From: Candidatus Hadarchaeota archaeon
GTDB lineage: Archaea > Hadarchaeota > Hadarchaeia > Hadarchaeales > JAWBSP01
Reading direction: 5' to 3'
Length of the DNA stretch: 64,000 nt
NCBI GenBank assembly: GCA_964474885.1
Contig: CAYYWO010000003.1
Location: forward strand, 64,001 to 128,000
Positions 7,839 to 18,454 of the stretch are shown here, in pieces (the first letter of the stretch is position 1; every line of letters starts with the position of its first letter). A program made the translations under genes and the position numbers. The notes beneath the pieces were generated by a model. It was not told the DNA's origin. It made no database searches and was given only the letters and a program-made list of their open reading frames with translations.

Positions 7839-10101
7839 CTGGCTCATAAGAGAGGTCGGCTGGGAAGAAGCCAAGCAAAGGTTCTATGAGGCGATTTTTG
7901 CCCTGAGCAACGGGTACCTGGGCCTCAGGGGGAGCTTGGAGGAGATACCCAGGGGCTCTTACCCGGGAACGTACATTGCCGGGGTCTACGATGACTATGG
8001 GCTTGAGGTTCCGGAGATCGTGAACCTGCCAAACCCTCTAATGGTTGAGATCGAGACGGATGCCGGAAGGCTGGGCGTGGGGAAGGGCGAGTTCTTCGAT
8101 CACGACCGGATTCTCGACATGAGGAATGCTACGCTTTGGCGCTGGACGACCTTCCGGGATGAGAAAGGCCGCTCGTACCGATACGAGTCCTGCAGGTTCG
8201 TCAGCATGGTCGATCCGCACTTGGTCGTCCAACATTTCTCCATCAGGCCCCTCGATGGACCTTGTGAGATCGAGTTACGGACTGGAGTGGACGCGACCAC
8301 GAAAAATGAGATGAGGCCCTTTGGGGGCCCGATCGCGCACTATGAGATAGCCAAAATATGGAAGAAGAGGCCGACCTTACTGGTCCGCACCAAAAGAACG
8401 GGACTTTGGATCGCCTATTCTTGGCTCTGCAGGTTCTCGGGCGGGAGGTTGCTAGAGCGGTGCACAGTCTTCAAGGACAAGAAGCTCCTGGAGTGTTTCA
8501 GGGTCAAGATCCCCAAAGACAAAGTCTGCTCGATTGACAGATTTTCCTACATTGTTGCAGGCCCCTCCAGAAAGGTTGCCCGGATGGCGAGAAGGGGTGC
8601 CCAAACGTCCGCCTCGCGGGGCTTTCGGGAAATCCACGATCTCCATTCCAGGAAGTGGAGGGAGAAGTGGGAGGTGGCTAACGTCGAGATAGAGGGAGAC
8701 AAGCAGTGTGACTTGGCACTCAGGTTTTGCATCTACCACCTCTGTTCGGCCCTAAGCGACAGGGACTTCGACGTGAGCATTCCTGCGAAGGCGCTGACAG
8801 GGGAGTGGTACGGCGGGCACGTTTTCTGGGATACGGAGATTTTCATGTTGCCCTTCTACGCGCTGACCTTCCCCCATCTGGCGAAGCACCTCCTGCTATA
8901 CAGGTACCGCAGGCTGGATGAGGCGAGGAACAAGGCAAGACGGATGGGCTATGCGGGTGCCCTCTTTCCCTGGGAGTCGGCACAAACCGGCGAAGAGGTC
9001 ACGCCCAGACGCTGGAGGGATTTTAACGGGAGGGTGGTAAAGGTCCTGACTGCGGACAGGGAGCAACACATAGCCTCGGATGTGATGTATGCTCTCCGGA
9101 CGTACCTGCTGGCGACTGGAGACTGGAAGTTCATGAGGCAGGCGGGTGCGGAGATGCTGTTCGAGACGGCCAGATTCTGGGCCAGCCGGGTCAGGCGTAA
9201 CCGCAAGACTGGGGAGTACGAGATAAGGGGCGTAATAGGCCCAAATGAGTTCCAGGAGTGCGTGGACAACAACGCCTTCACGAACTACTCGGCTCGGTGG
9301 TGCCTGCGGTGGGCGGCGGAGATATACAGGGAGCTCTCACTGAAGTATCCCTCAGATCTGAGGAGGATAAGCAGGAAGATCCGTCTGGATCCCTCAGAGG
9401 TAGAGAACTGGGTCAACATAGCGGGCAAAATCAGATTCCCGCAAAGGCCCGACGGTCTGATTGAGGAATTCGATGGATACTTCGGCTTGAAAGATGTCCA
9501 AGTGAAGTTTGACAGACAGGGGATGCCAACTTGGCCGGGGGAAGTCCCCCTGCCCGAGGTCCGGCACACGAGGTTGGTAAAGCAGGCGGATGTGGTCTTG
9601 TTGCTTGCGCTCTTCAGGGATGAGTTCGATAAGGCAACCAAGGCGAAGAACTTGGATTTCTACGAGCGCAGATGCGTGCACAAGTCCTCCCTGAGTCCGG
9701 CGGCACACGGCCTCGTGGCGGCCGATATAGGTGACGCAAACCGTGCCTTAAGATATTTCAAGTTCGCCTCTTGTCTCGACCTTTTTGACCTGCACCAGAA
9801 CACTGGAAAGGGTATACATGGGGCGGTAATGGGTTCGGCTTGGCAGCTAGCCATTTTTGGCTTCGGTGGTGTGCGCCTGGGGGAGAAATTGAGCGTGAAT
9901 CCGCTGCTTCCCCCGGGATGGCATTCCATTCGATTCAAGCTCAGGTGGAGGGGGAACCTACTAGAGGTTCACGCTACGAGTCGGGAAGTGAGGGTCAAGG
10001 GTGTGAAGACGCGGGGCCCCGTGAGCCTTGAGGTTCTTGGGAAACGAGTAACAGTTACCGAAAACTCCATTGTATCTTCGCGGTATGTAGAGGAACAGTA
10101 A
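7780..10101 (+). CDS. GH65 glycoside phosphorylase (trehalose/kojibiose/maltose phosphorylase type)
   Basis: SNGYLGLRG, YGGHVFWDTE, GALFPWES, VIGPNEF, KQADV and HKSSLS; start uncertain (7780 or 7786). Confidence 0.92.
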   Translation: MRMSWLPSTKKSSRESWEDNWLIREVGWEEAKQRFYEAIFALSNGYLGLRGSLEEIPRGSYPGTYIAGVYDDYGLEVPEIVNLPNPLMVEIETDAGRLGVGKGEFFDHDRILDMRNATLWRWTTFRDEKGRSYRYESCRFVSMVDPHLVVQHFSIRPLDGPCEIELRTGVDATTKNEMRPFGGPIAHYEIAKIWKKRPTLLVRTKRTGLWIAYSWLCRFSGGRLLERCTVFKDKKLLECFRVKIPKDKVCSIDRFSYIVAGPSRKVARMARRGAQTSASRGFREIHDLHSRKWREKWEVANVEIEGDKQCDLALRFCIYHLCSALSDRDFDVSIPAKALTGEWYGGHVFWDTEIFMLPFYALTFPHLAKHLLLYRYRRLDEARNKARRMGYAGALFPWESAQTGEEVTPRRWRDFNGRVVKVLTADREQHIASDVMYALRTYLLATGDWKFMRQAGAEMLFETARFWASRVRRNRKTGEYEIRGVIGPNEFQECVDNNAFTNYSARWCLRWAAEIYRELSLKYPSDLRRISRKIRLDPSEVENWVNIAGKIRFPQRPDGLIEEFDGYFGLKDVQVKFDRQGMPTWPGEVPLPEVRHTRLVKQADVVLLLALFRDEFDKATKAKNLDFYERRCVHKSSLSPAAHGLVAADIGDANRALRYFKFASCLDLFDLHQNTGKGIHGAVMGSAWQLAIFGFGGVRLGEKLSVNPLLPPGWHSIRFKLRWRGNLLEVHATSREVRVKGVKTRGPVSLEVLGKRVTVTENSIVSSRYVEEQ

Positions 10102-10174
10102 GCGGACAGTTATTTCCCGACGACTTGTCAGGAATTGACACCGATTTCAAGGCGAGCCTGAAGACAAGGGTGAT

Positions 10175-10320
10175 GTAAACTTAACAAATAAACAGTTTAT
10201 GCGAAGTGTATAACAAAATAAACAGTTGGCTCAAAGTGTTTATAACAATAAAACACTTGCGAGGCGTGTTTGCAACAAAATAAACAGTTGACATGAACTG
10301 TGATAATAGATAACAGTTGT
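10175..10320. repeat. AT-rich array of 5 imperfect palindromic units, ~30-31 bp period (copy B)
   Basis: Right arms (A/T)AACA(G/C)TT start at 10190, 10220, 10251, 10282 and 10311; left arms AAGTGT, GTGTTT and AACTGT; homologous to copy A in inverted orientation. Confidence 0.85.
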
Positions 10321-10392
10321 TACCAAGTTTCACCCTCACTTTACGGTGACAGGAGAGATGTTACAGCCTAATGAGGCGGTGACAAAGTTTGA

Positions 10393-11163
10393 ATGAGAGT
10401 CGAGGACAGAGTCGCGTTCATCTGGGACATCGATGGTGTGGTCGTGGATAGTCCCCATGAGCACGCTTGGAGGCAGACGGCACTAAGATGGGGGGCGAAA
10501 GAGCTGACTCCGGAGTTCTACTTCCAGCACGTTGCGAGCAAACCTAGGTATGTCGGGGGTCACGCGATACTGGAGCTCCTAGGCATATACGAAAAGCACG
10601 GTGCAACAGATGAACCCTCCCGCAAAGAACTCTTAGCCCGCTTCTGCGAGGAAAAGAACCGGATGATTCAGCAGCTGATCAGAGAGGGGAAGTTTGAGGT
10701 TTTCAAGGATGCCGTCGGATTGCTCCTTCAAGCGAGGAAACGTGGAGTAAAGCAAGCTGCAGCCTCAGCTTCGAAAAACGCGAGGCCCATGCTGGAGAGA
10801 GTAGACGATGAGAGGTTGAGGCAGTTGGGTTTCGGGGATCTCATCGGGGACATTAAACGCCTGTATCAGGCATTCGAGGTCGATGTCTGCGGCCTAGATA
10901 TCGAGGAAAAGGCAGGGATTCAGCGTTTCGCGGCGGAGCGGTTGAAGGAGAAGTTCCCCTCCCTCGCACACTTTGTGGTCTTTGAGGATGCACCGGCGGG
11001 GGTGGGAGCTGCACATCAACTCGGATTTTTTGCAGTCGGTGTTAGGCGCATAGGGAGTCGGGAGGAGCTGGTCCGAGCGGGAGCGGATGTGGTAGTGGAC
11101 TCCCTGACGGAACTGACCTTAGATCAGCTGTTACGGCAGGTATCCAAGAAGTTCAGCCTTTAG
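10393..11163 (+). CDS. HAD-superfamily hydrolase, beta-phosphoglucomutase-like
   Basis: [17 protein letters not shown] and VFEDAPAGV; lies next to a GH65 gene. Confidence 0.85.
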   Translation: MRVEDRVAFIWDIDGVVVDSPHEHAWRQTALRWGAKELTPEFYFQHVASKPRYVGGHAILELLGIYEKHGATDEPSRKELLARFCEEKNRMIQQLIREGKFEVFKDAVGLLLQARKRGVKQAAASASKNARPMLERVDDERLRQLGFGDLIGDIKRLYQAFEVDVCGLDIEEKAGIQRFAAERLKEKFPSLAHFVVFEDAPAGVGAAHQLGFFAVGVRRIGSREELVRAGADVVVDSLTELTLDQLLRQVSKKFSL

Positions 11164-13993
11164 CAACACCTATCGGTACCATCCTGGCGACCCTCTTGGC
11201 TATGCCTGCTCTGTCCGAGATCTCCGCAACTTTGTCCACATCCTTGTAGGCTTCGGGGGCTTCCTCAGCGATGACGGACACCTGAGCAGCCCTTATGTAT
11301 ATCCCCTTGGAGGCCAATCTTCTCCTCACCTCGTCCCCCCTGTACTGCCTTAGGGCTGCGTGGCGGCTTAAGTGCCTTCCAGCTCCGTGGGCGGTTGATC
11401 CGAAGGTTTCCTCCATAGCCCTCTGGGTACCCACCAGGATGTAGGAGGCAGTCCCCATGTCACCGGGGATGAGAACAGGCTGCCCCACCTCCCGATACAA
11501 GGCAGGGATGTCGGGATGCCCGGGACCGAAGGCGCGTGTTGCTCCCTTGCGGTGGACCACAACCTCTTTCACTTCCCCATCGATCCTGTGCCTTTCCAGC
11601 TTGGCGATGTTGTGTGCAACGTCGTAGACGATGTGGAGCCCCAACGATTCCGCATCCCTTCTGAAGACCTGCTCGAACGATTGTCTCACCCAGTGCACGA
11701 TCATCTGGCGGTTTGCCCAAGCGTAGTTCGCCGCGCACTTCATGGCTGAGAAGTAGTCCTGGCCTTCGGGGGATCGGAATGGAACGTTCACGAGCTCACG
11801 ATCCAGCAGGCGGATGCCGTACCGCCTGACTGCGTGCTCCATCCGGCGGAGGTAGTCGGAGCAAACCTGGTGCCCCAGACCGCGGGAGCCCGTGTGGATC
11901 ATAACCGTGACCTGCCCCTCGTGCGTTATCCCGAAAGCCTTGGCTACCCGAGGCTCGTAAATTTTATCCACCACTTGGACCTCTAGGAAGTGATTTCCGC
12001 TTCCCAAGCTACCAAGCTGGGGGAGCCCACGGTTCTTCGCCCCCGTACTCACCTTCGACGCCGAAGCTCCCTCCATACATCCCCCCTCTTCCAGCCGCTC
12101 GAGGTCCTCCTGCCAGCCGTATCCGTTCTCCACGGCCCACCTGGCACCGTGCTCGAGCACCTCATCCAGCTGGGGCATGGAAAGGCGTACTTTGCCGCGG
12201 CTCCCTAGGCCTGAGGGGACGTTCCGGAAGAGGGTGTCAACCAGCTCGCGGAGCTTGGGCTCGACATCTTTTTTGTCCAAATTCGTCTTAACTAGGCGCA
12301 CCCCGCAATTCGAAGTAACGAATCCCTCCGCAACAAAGTTGTGGTGGGAGTCGGCAACCGTGAAGTCGTACACCCAACCGTCATGGGGTATGCTTTCTAT
12401 CTGCACCACCTTGTCGAAGACCACTTCTCCGTCCACGTGCTCCTTCATGAACCGTTCGAAGGTCGGGAAGTTTTGCGGAACTCGGGCATCACCAGTACCC
12501 TCGTAGAGACTGCGTTCAATGAGCCGCCGGTTGACCACACCACGGTAGCGCCGCAGGAGCTCTGCGGATCGCCCGTGGCCCTCTTGGATCTCGCATCTGA
12601 GGAGCTCTCTCTCACGTTTCACGGCCTCTTTGAATTTCAGGAAAACGACGGCGGCCAAGGCACGTGCTTTCCTCTCCCGGTTGTACTCGTAACCGATCTT
12701 GCTCCACAGTGCTATCAGGTTCTCCGGCCGCTCGTGAACGCTCAGTCGATAAACGATCCTTCCATTGTCCCTCTCCGCCACTCCGACGGTCGAGGAGACC
12801 CCGAATTCGTTCAGGATCCGCTTCAACTCGTTGAGGAAACGCCGTCCATCCACCTCCTTTCCCTGCTTTCTTGATACTTTCACTTCAGGCATGTAGAAGT
12901 TGTAGCCGTTCATCGTCTTGGGGGCGGACATTTCAGCACCGAAGTAGGCTGCGAGGAAGAGGCGCTTCAACCACAGGGGCAGCCTGGAGATCCAGTGCGG
13001 GACTTCCAGCCTGACCTGGGTCTTCTTCCCCCTGGGATAGCCCAGAGCCAGCAGGAGCTCAGCCAGGCTGCGAGCGGAGACCTTAAGGGAAGCCTCTGTT
13101 CGAACAAACTCACGCCCCTTGAGCCTGTGTCTCCTCCTGCGCGTGTAGATGGAAGACTTGTATCCTAAACGCTTCAGATCCGCTTGGATGTCCTGCAGGT
13201 CCTCCAGCTTGCCGTAGAATATCACGCTTTTCCCGCAGATGGTCCCGTCACCTAGCAGGTACCCGAGCAACTTCAAGAGGAGGGGCAGCTTGGGATTCCG
13301 GGCTGTTAGGGGTAACAGGCCGCGCTTTTTGAGTTCTTCTCTGATGGCTGACCTGAACGCGGTCTCACGGACTATCTCGAAGTCAGTTGCCTCCTCATAC
13401 GGAACTCCCTCGAATGGGTGCAACCCTACTTCCGTTCCCACGGTGAGTCCTCCCGCTTCCCTCATTCCCTCGCGGGTCAAAATCGGGTGGTCGGGGGAAA
13501 GTGCCAGCTCGAATCCCGATGCTGTCTTTATTTTCATGACAGATTTGTCATTCCTGCGGAGTGTCAGGATTACGGGGGTCGGTTTCGCTCGATTCTGGTT
13601 GAGAACCACCACCTCTTGTCCCACCGAGACCCTCTCTATGGGCAGCCAGAAGCCAAGCGGGGTCAGCACCCGCGTGCCAGCCGGCAGGCAGTTTATATCG
13701 TAGCCCACGCCGCCTGGCGAGATGACCCCGGTTTCAGCATCAGTTGCTGCGACTCCTCCTATCGGGAAGCCGTAGCCCTGATGCCCGTCGGGGAGGACGA
13801 TAGAATACTTGTAGATGCCGTCGAGGGAGGCGACATTCGCCCCCTGCTCCAGCGTTAGATCCTTGCCCATCTCCTGCAACATTTCCCGGTCCGCGTAGAT
13901 CCTCGCCGGCACGCGCATCCCCGGCTTGTAATCTGGTGGGATTTCCCACCGCACCTCGTCGATCTGCCTGATCTTCCCCGGCAGCGGCATCAT
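11153..13993 (-). CDS. rtcB: tRNA-splicing/RNA ligase RtcB containing an intein
   Basis: [18 protein letters not shown]|[26 protein letters not shown] and HGAGR; start placed at MMPLPG. Confidence 0.96.
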   Translation of the reverse strand: MMPLPGKIRQIDEVRWEIPPDYKPGMRVPARIYADREMLQEMGKDLTLEQGANVASLDGIYKYSIVLPDGHQGYGFPIGGVAATDAETGVISPGGVGYDINCLPAGTRVLTPLGFWLPIERVSVGQEVVVLNQNRAKPTPVILTLRRNDKSVMKIKTASGFELALSPDHPILTREGMREAGGLTVGTEVGLHPFEGVPYEEATDFEIVRETAFRSAIREELKKRGLLPLTARNPKLPLLLKLLGYLLGDGTICGKSVIFYGKLEDLQDIQADLKRLGYKSSIYTRRRRHRLKGREFVRTEASLKVSARSLAELLLALGYPRGKKTQVRLEVPHWISRLPLWLKRLFLAAYFGAEMSAPKTMNGYNFYMPEVKVSRKQGKEVDGRRFLNELKRILNEFGVSSTVGVAERDNGRIVYRLSVHERPENLIALWSKIGYEYNRERKARALAAVVFLKFKEAVKRERELLRCEIQEGHGRSAELLRRYRGVVNRRLIERSLYEGTGDARVPQNFPTFERFMKEHVDGEVVFDKVVQIESIPHDGWVYDFTVADSHHNFVAEGFVTSNCGVRLVKTNLDKKDVEPKLRELVDTLFRNVPSGLGSRGKVRLSMPQLDEVLEHGARWAVENGYGWQEDLERLEEGGCMEGASASKVSTGAKNRGLPQLGSLGSGNHFLEVQVVDKIYEPRVAKAFGITHEGQVTVMIHTGSRGLGHQVCSDYLRRMEHAVRRYGIRLLDRELVNVPFRSPEGQDYFSAMKCAANYAWANRQMIVHWVRQSFEQVFRRDAESLGLHIVYDVAHNIAKLERHRIDGEVKEVVVHRKGATRAFGPGHPDIPALYREVGQPVLIPGDMGTASYILVGTQRAMEETFGSTAHGAGRHLSRHAALRQYRGDEVRRRLASKGIYIRAAQVSVIAEEAPEAYKDVDKVAEISDRAGIAKRVARMVPIGVAKG
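12308..13690 (-). mobile_element. Intein (461 aa) with LAGLIDADG homing endonuclease domain
   Basis: Starts CLPAGT; block B SPDHP; LLGYLLGDG and FLAAYFGAE motifs; block [20 protein letters not shown] followed by Cys+1. Confidence 0.93.
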
Positions 13994-14024
13994 ACTATTC
14001 GAGGGAGGAGGTATGACTAAAAAG

Positions 14025-14450
14025 CTAGATGTCCACAACCGCCTGCACGCAGCAGGCCCCGGGCTTTTCCTCTACCCGCATCATGTGATAGGTCATGGCC
14101 TTCACCGAAGTCTTGGCGGGATGTTTTTCCGGGTTGAAGGCCTCACCCCAAGCTTTCCCTTCTAGGCAGAGCCCCGACGCGCTCCGCTCGATCTTCACCT
14201 CGAACTTGGAGAAGAGCAAATTCTGACTGTCGTGATAAGAGATCAGTGAGTCCAGCCAGTCGTAAAGAAGGGCCTCCTTATCCTCCGCCTGCAACTCCAG
14301 CTTGACCATCTCTTTCGGTTCTACTTTGCTGGTGTCCGTCATTATCTCGAAAAGCGCGAGTGCGGCGTTTTCGAAAGCCTCCGCCAAGGTTTTCCCGTAG
14401 GCTCTAAAGCCGACATCGGAAGGGTGCTCCACCCACTCGAAACGCTTCAT
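14025..14450 (-). CDS. Archease (RtcB cofactor)
   Basis: EHPSDV, VKAMTYH and terminal VDI; directly upstream of rtcB. Confidence 0.93.
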   Translation of the reverse strand: MKRFEWVEHPSDVGFRAYGKTLAEAFENAALALFEIMTDTSKVEPKEMVKLELQAEDKEALLYDWLDSLISYHDSQNLLFSKFEVKIERSASGLCLEGKAWGEAFNPEKHPAKTSVKAMTYHMMRVEEKPGACCVQAVVDI

Positions 14451-14475
14451 TCAGATTTACTCGTCGGACATTTTG

Positions 14476-15279
14476 ATGAGGAGGTCGGTTTATTTACCGG
14501 GCTCTCTCGTTGCGGATTGTGGCAGTTTGCTCCAAAAGACGATCAAGATCGGACAGGTCGCCCGGGCTCTGGCGATCTTCAGGATTCAGCACGTGGGCAT
14601 CTACGATGACTCCCACCCCTCCTGCAAGCAGGACACACCACTCATCGTCAAGCTGCTGAGGTACGCGGAGACCCCGCAGTACCTGAGAAAACTCCTATTC
14701 CCGAAGGATGCGGACCTGAGATACGTCGGACTCTTACCCCCGCTCCGCACGCCGCACCATCCGCTCAGGGGGGAGAGGGAAGAGGTCGGCGCGGTCAGGG
14801 AAGCACTTGTCTTGGAGCAAAAGCGGGAGGGGAGCATTCTGGAGCTCGGTCTTCCGAAAAAGGGGCTCTGCAAGGACAGGCTTAGGAGGAACCAGAGGGT
14901 AACGGTTAAACTGGTGAAAGGTTCTGGGAGGTTCTATGAGGTGGTCCCGTGCCCGCCGGATGACTACTGGGGGTTCAGCATTTCTACCCACGGAAGCTTG
15001 CGGCAGGCCCTCCGGGCAGCGAGCGGCCTGCGGGTGGCTACCTCCAGGTACGGGAGACACATAAGAGCTCAGGATGAGCTGGTAGAGCAGGCCAACCGTC
15101 AGGGCTTCTCGCTCTTCTTCGGCGGTCCTTACTGGGGTATCCTTGAGACAAGCAGGAAACAGGGCGTCCCATCCTCCCTATTTGACGATGTGGTGAACGT
15201 CATCCCGAAACAGGGAACAGCGACCGTGAGGACGGAGGAGGCTCTTTTCTGCGCCCTTGCTCTCTTCCACCTCGGGTGA
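14476..15279 (+). CDS. SPOUT-class RNA methyltransferase (DUF171 type)
   Basis: ETPQYLRK, LPPLRTPHH and QGTATVRTEEA; typical position upstream of rpl3. Confidence 0.88.
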   Translation: MRRSVYLPGSLVADCGSLLQKTIKIGQVARALAIFRIQHVGIYDDSHPSCKQDTPLIVKLLRYAETPQYLRKLLFPKDADLRYVGLLPPLRTPHHPLRGEREEVGAVREALVLEQKREGSILELGLPKKGLCKDRLRRNQRVTVKLVKGSGRFYEVVPCPPDDYWGFSISTHGSLRQALRAASGLRVATSRYGRHIRAQDELVEQANRQGFSLFFGGPYWGILETSRKQGVPSSLFDDVVNVIPKQGTATVRTEEALFCALALFHLG

Positions 15280-15307
15280 TATATTCCCTTTTAAAACCAA
15301 TTAATTC

Positions 15308-16312
15308 ATGCCCAAGGAGCACAAGCCCAGGAGGGGGTCCTTGGCTTACAGCCCTAGGGTTAGAGCGGCTTCTCAGGTCCCGCATGTTAGGTCCTGGGTG
15401 CTCTGTCCCGAGCCGAAGCTGTGCGGGATCGCGGGCTACAAGGCCGGCATGACCCACGTCATGATGATCGACGACAGAAAGACGAGTTTAACCGCTGGGC
15501 AGACCATAACAGTCCCAGTGACCGTCATAGAGATACCACCCATCTTTGTGTTCGGGATCAGGTTGTACGAGTGTACTTCTAGGGGCCTCAGAGTTGTAGG
15601 GGAAGTTTGGACGAAGGACGTCCCAAAGAACTTCGAGCGCAGGCTCAAGCCCCCCAAGAAGATGGAGGAGCAAAGGCTTGATCAAATGGAAGAGCTCGTC
15701 AAGAGCGGCAGGGTATGCGAGGTGAGATTGTTGTGCTGCACCCAGCCCTGGTTGACCAACTTACCCAAAAAGTCCCCCGACATCTTTGAGGTACCGATAG
15801 GCGGTTCCGGCATAAAGGAGAGGTGGGAGAATGCTAGGAAAATGCTGGGGAAGGAGGTCAAGGTGTCGGAAGTCTTTGATGCCGGGGAGTACATCGATGT
15901 GATTGCTGTAACAAAGGGCAAGGGATTCCAAGGGCCGGTCAAGAGATGGGGCGTGAAAATACTGCCCCGGAAGACTGAAGGTGGGAGAAGGCAGGTTGGC
16001 ACGCTCGGTCCCTGGCATCCAGCCAAAATCATGTGGACGGTCCCCCAGGCGGGGCAGATGGGTTATCATCAGAGAACCGAATATAATAAGCGCATCTTGA
16101 AGATAGGCTCCGATGGAGGGGAAGTAACACCTTCCGGTGGATTCCTCCGGTACGGACCGGTTAAGACCGATTATGTGATGGTGGCAGGTTCTGTCCCTGG
16201 TCCAGCAAAACGTCTTGTTATCCTGAGGAAAGCCGTCAGACCACCCAGGGGACGCCCTATGTCACCCCCCACCATCACCTACGTGAGCTTAGCTTCTAAG
16301 CAGGGGAAGTAA
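15308..16312 (+). CDS. rpl3: 50S ribosomal protein uL3
   Basis: PRRGSLAYSPR, GYKAGMTH and TKGKGFQGPVKRWG. Confidence 0.97.
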   Translation: MPKEHKPRRGSLAYSPRVRAASQVPHVRSWVLCPEPKLCGIAGYKAGMTHVMMIDDRKTSLTAGQTITVPVTVIEIPPIFVFGIRLYECTSRGLRVVGEVWTKDVPKNFERRLKPPKKMEEQRLDQMEELVKSGRVCEVRLLCCTQPWLTNLPKKSPDIFEVPIGGSGIKERWENARKMLGKEVKVSEVFDAGEYIDVIAVTKGKGFQGPVKRWGVKILPRKTEGGRRQVGTLGPWHPAKIMWTVPQAGQMGYHQRTEYNKRILKIGSDGGEVTPSGGFLRYGPVKTDYVMVAGSVPGPAKRLVILRKAVRPPRGRPMSPPTITYVSLASKQGK

Positions 16313-16313
16313 G

Positions 16314-17084
16314 ATGGTAGCCGTTAGAGCACTGGACGGTGGTATCGTCAGGGAGGTGGAGTTACCTGAGGTTTTTAGAGCGGAGCTCAGGCCGGATCTT
16401 ATCAGGAGGGCTTTCTTGGCTGAAACCTCCCTCAACTACCAGCCCAAGGGGACGGATGTCAGGGCGGGGAAGCGTACGACTGCGGAGCCATGGGGTAAAG
16501 GGTTTGGTGTCTCCCGAGTTCCCAGAATTAAGGGTAGTCGGTATCACGCGGCAGGCAAGGGGGCCTTCTCCCCCTCAACTGTCGGTGGTCGTGCAGCTCA
16601 CCCTCCGAAGGTGGAGAAGCGGCTCGTGCAGAAAGTGAACAAGAAGGAGTACCGTTTGGCTCTGAAGTCTGCCATTGCTGCCACGGCCAAGAAGGAGCTG
16701 GTCGAGGCTAGAGGACATGAGTTTGAGGCTGCAGATTTGCCCATAATAGTCGTAGCTGACGCCGAAAAACTGAAGAAAACCAAGGAAGTAATGGAGCTGT
16801 TCAAGAGGCTGGGTTTGTGGTCAGATGTAGAGAGGGCGAAGGAAGGGAAGAAGATCAGGGCAGGGAAGGGAAAGATGAGAGGAAGGAGATACAGAAAGCC
16901 GAAGGGCCCCCTAGTAGTGACAGGTAGCCCGGATTGTGATTTACTAAAAGCCGCCAGGAACCTGCCTGGAGTCGACGTGGCGGATGTGCGTGCACTGAAC
17001 TTAGAATTGCTGGCACCTGGAGGGGTGCCGGGGAGATTGACCGTCTGGACGGAAAGCGCGATCGAGCAGCTCAAGTCCCTATGA
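16314..17084 (+). CDS. rpl4: 50S ribosomal protein uL4
   Basis: RPDLIRRA, GGRAAHPP and RAGKGKMRGRRY. Confidence 0.97.
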   Translation: MVAVRALDGGIVREVELPEVFRAELRPDLIRRAFLAETSLNYQPKGTDVRAGKRTTAEPWGKGFGVSRVPRIKGSRYHAAGKGAFSPSTVGGRAAHPPKVEKRLVQKVNKKEYRLALKSAIAATAKKELVEARGHEFEAADLPIIVVADAEKLKKTKEVMELFKRLGLWSDVERAKEGKKIRAGKGKMRGRRYRKPKGPLVVTGSPDCDLLKAARNLPGVDVADVRALNLELLAPGGVPGRLTVWTESAIEQLKSL

Positions 17085-17341
17085 AGGATCCGCAAAAAGT
17101 GATCCTGTATCCCGTCACGACGGAGAAGGCCGTCAGATTGGTCGAGAGGGAAAACACCGTTACCTTCATGGTCTCTGAGGATGCGAACAAGGTGGACATC
17201 AAGAGAGCTGTCGAGATCCTCTACGGGGTCAAGGTAAAAGACGTCAGGACGGTTAAGACCTTTGATGGGAAAAAAGCATATGTCAGGCTCTCCCCCGAGT
17301 TCTCGGCGGATGAGCTGGCAGCCAAGCTGGGGGTGATATAG
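17081..17341 (+). CDS. rpl23: 50S ribosomal protein uL23
   Basis: PVTTEKA and KKAYVRL; operon position. Confidence 0.96.
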   Translation: MKDPQKVILYPVTTEKAVRLVERENTVTFMVSEDANKVDIKRAVEILYGVKVKDVRTVKTFDGKKAYVRLSPEFSADELAAKLGVI

Positions 17342-18057
17342 TGGGAAAGAGGATCCGGGCTCAAAGGGTTGGACGCGGTTCCCCTAGGTATAGATCCAAT
17401 CCTTGGAGGAGGGTAGGCCCCCTCAAAATGCCCCCCTTGGTGAGTGGTACTCTGACCGGGCAGGTCACGGACATTTTTCACAATCCGGGGATATCTACAC
17501 CCTGCGCTATGGTGAAGCTTCAGAATGGGGAGACGTTCTGCGTCCCCGCCTGTGACGGCCTGAGGGTGGGTCAGACCATAAGCGTCGGGCCCGGCGCGCC
17601 TGTTCAACCCGGAAACATCGTGCCCTTAGGAAATGTACCCGAGGGGAGTAAAGTGTACATGATCGAAGCTCAGCCGGGGGACGGGGGGAAGTTCGTGAGG
17701 GCGAGCGGGACCTACGGTATCGTAGTAGGGAGAGAGGGCAGGGAGACGATAGTCCAGTTGCCCTCCGGCAAAACGCGCAGGTTTCTCTCAGAGTGTAGAG
17801 CTATCGTAGGGATCGTTGCTGGAGGGGGTAGGGTGGACAAACCTTTCGTTAAGGCTGGAAAGAAGTACCACCATATGCGTGCAAAAGCGAAACCCTATCC
17901 CAGGACGAGGGGAGTTGCCATGAATGTGGTTGACCATCCCTTCGGTGGGGGAAGGAGACAGCACTGCGGGAGACCCAGATGTGTCAGCAGGAATGCGCCT
18001 CCCGGACAGAAGGTGGGCCTAATAGCCGCGAGGAGAACAGGGATCAAGAAAGTGTAA
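17341..18057 (+). CDS. rpl2: 50S ribosomal protein uL2
   Basis: MGKRIRAQR and [15 protein letters not shown]. Confidence 0.97.
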   Translation: MGKRIRAQRVGRGSPRYRSNPWRRVGPLKMPPLVSGTLTGQVTDIFHNPGISTPCAMVKLQNGETFCVPACDGLRVGQTISVGPGAPVQPGNIVPLGNVPEGSKVYMIEAQPGDGGKFVRASGTYGIVVGREGRETIVQLPSGKTRRFLSECRAIVGIVAGGGRVDKPFVKAGKKYHHMRAKAKPYPRTRGVAMNVVDHPFGGGRRQHCGRPRCVSRNAPPGQKVGLIAARRTGIKKV

Positions 18058-18058
18058 C

Positions 18059-18454
18059 ATGCCGAAGAAATTCACATATCGGGGTTACACGCTGGAGCAA
18101 CTGCAAGCCATGCCGCTAGAGAAATTTGCCGAACTCTTACCGGCCCGCCAGCGCCGCTCTCTCCTAAGGGGTCTCACACCGGCTGAGCAGAGGCTGCTCG
18201 AGAAAGTGAGGAAATACAAGGACAAGGGAATCCAAAAACCCATCCGGACGCATTGCAGGGACATGATAATACTCCCTGAAATGGTTGGTATGAAGTTCGC
18301 CGTCCACAACGGGAAGGATTTCGTTGTCTTTGAGGTCCTTCCGGAAATGATAGGCCACAGACTCGGAGAGTTCTCGCAAACGAGGAAGAGAGTTGTCCAC
18401 GGAGCACCCGGGGTGGGGGCCACTAGGAGCTCGATGTACGTACCGCTGAAATAA
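18059..18454 (+). CDS. rps19: 30S ribosomal protein uS19
   Basis: [13 protein letters not shown] and MIGHRLGEF. Confidence 0.97.
   Translation: MPKKFTYRGYTLEQLQAMPLEKFAELLPARQRRSLLRGLTPAEQRLLEKVRKYKDKGIQKPIRTHCRDMIILPEMVGMKFAVHNGKDFVVFEVLPEMIGHRLGEFSQTRKRVVHGAPGVGATRSSMYVPLK

Noticed and set aside
10175-10320. CRISPR array interpretation of the ~30-bp repeats (also 1955-2064)
   Set aside because: Units are degenerate, separated by only ~5-7 bp rather than 30-40-bp unique spacers, and no cas genes are present
1955-10320. Tn7-like or composite transposon bounded by the two arrays
   Set aside because: No transposase, terminal repeats or target duplication seen; the interval holds housekeeping loci (rnhB, trxA, guide RNAs), and the right array separates the linked GH65 and beta-PGM genes
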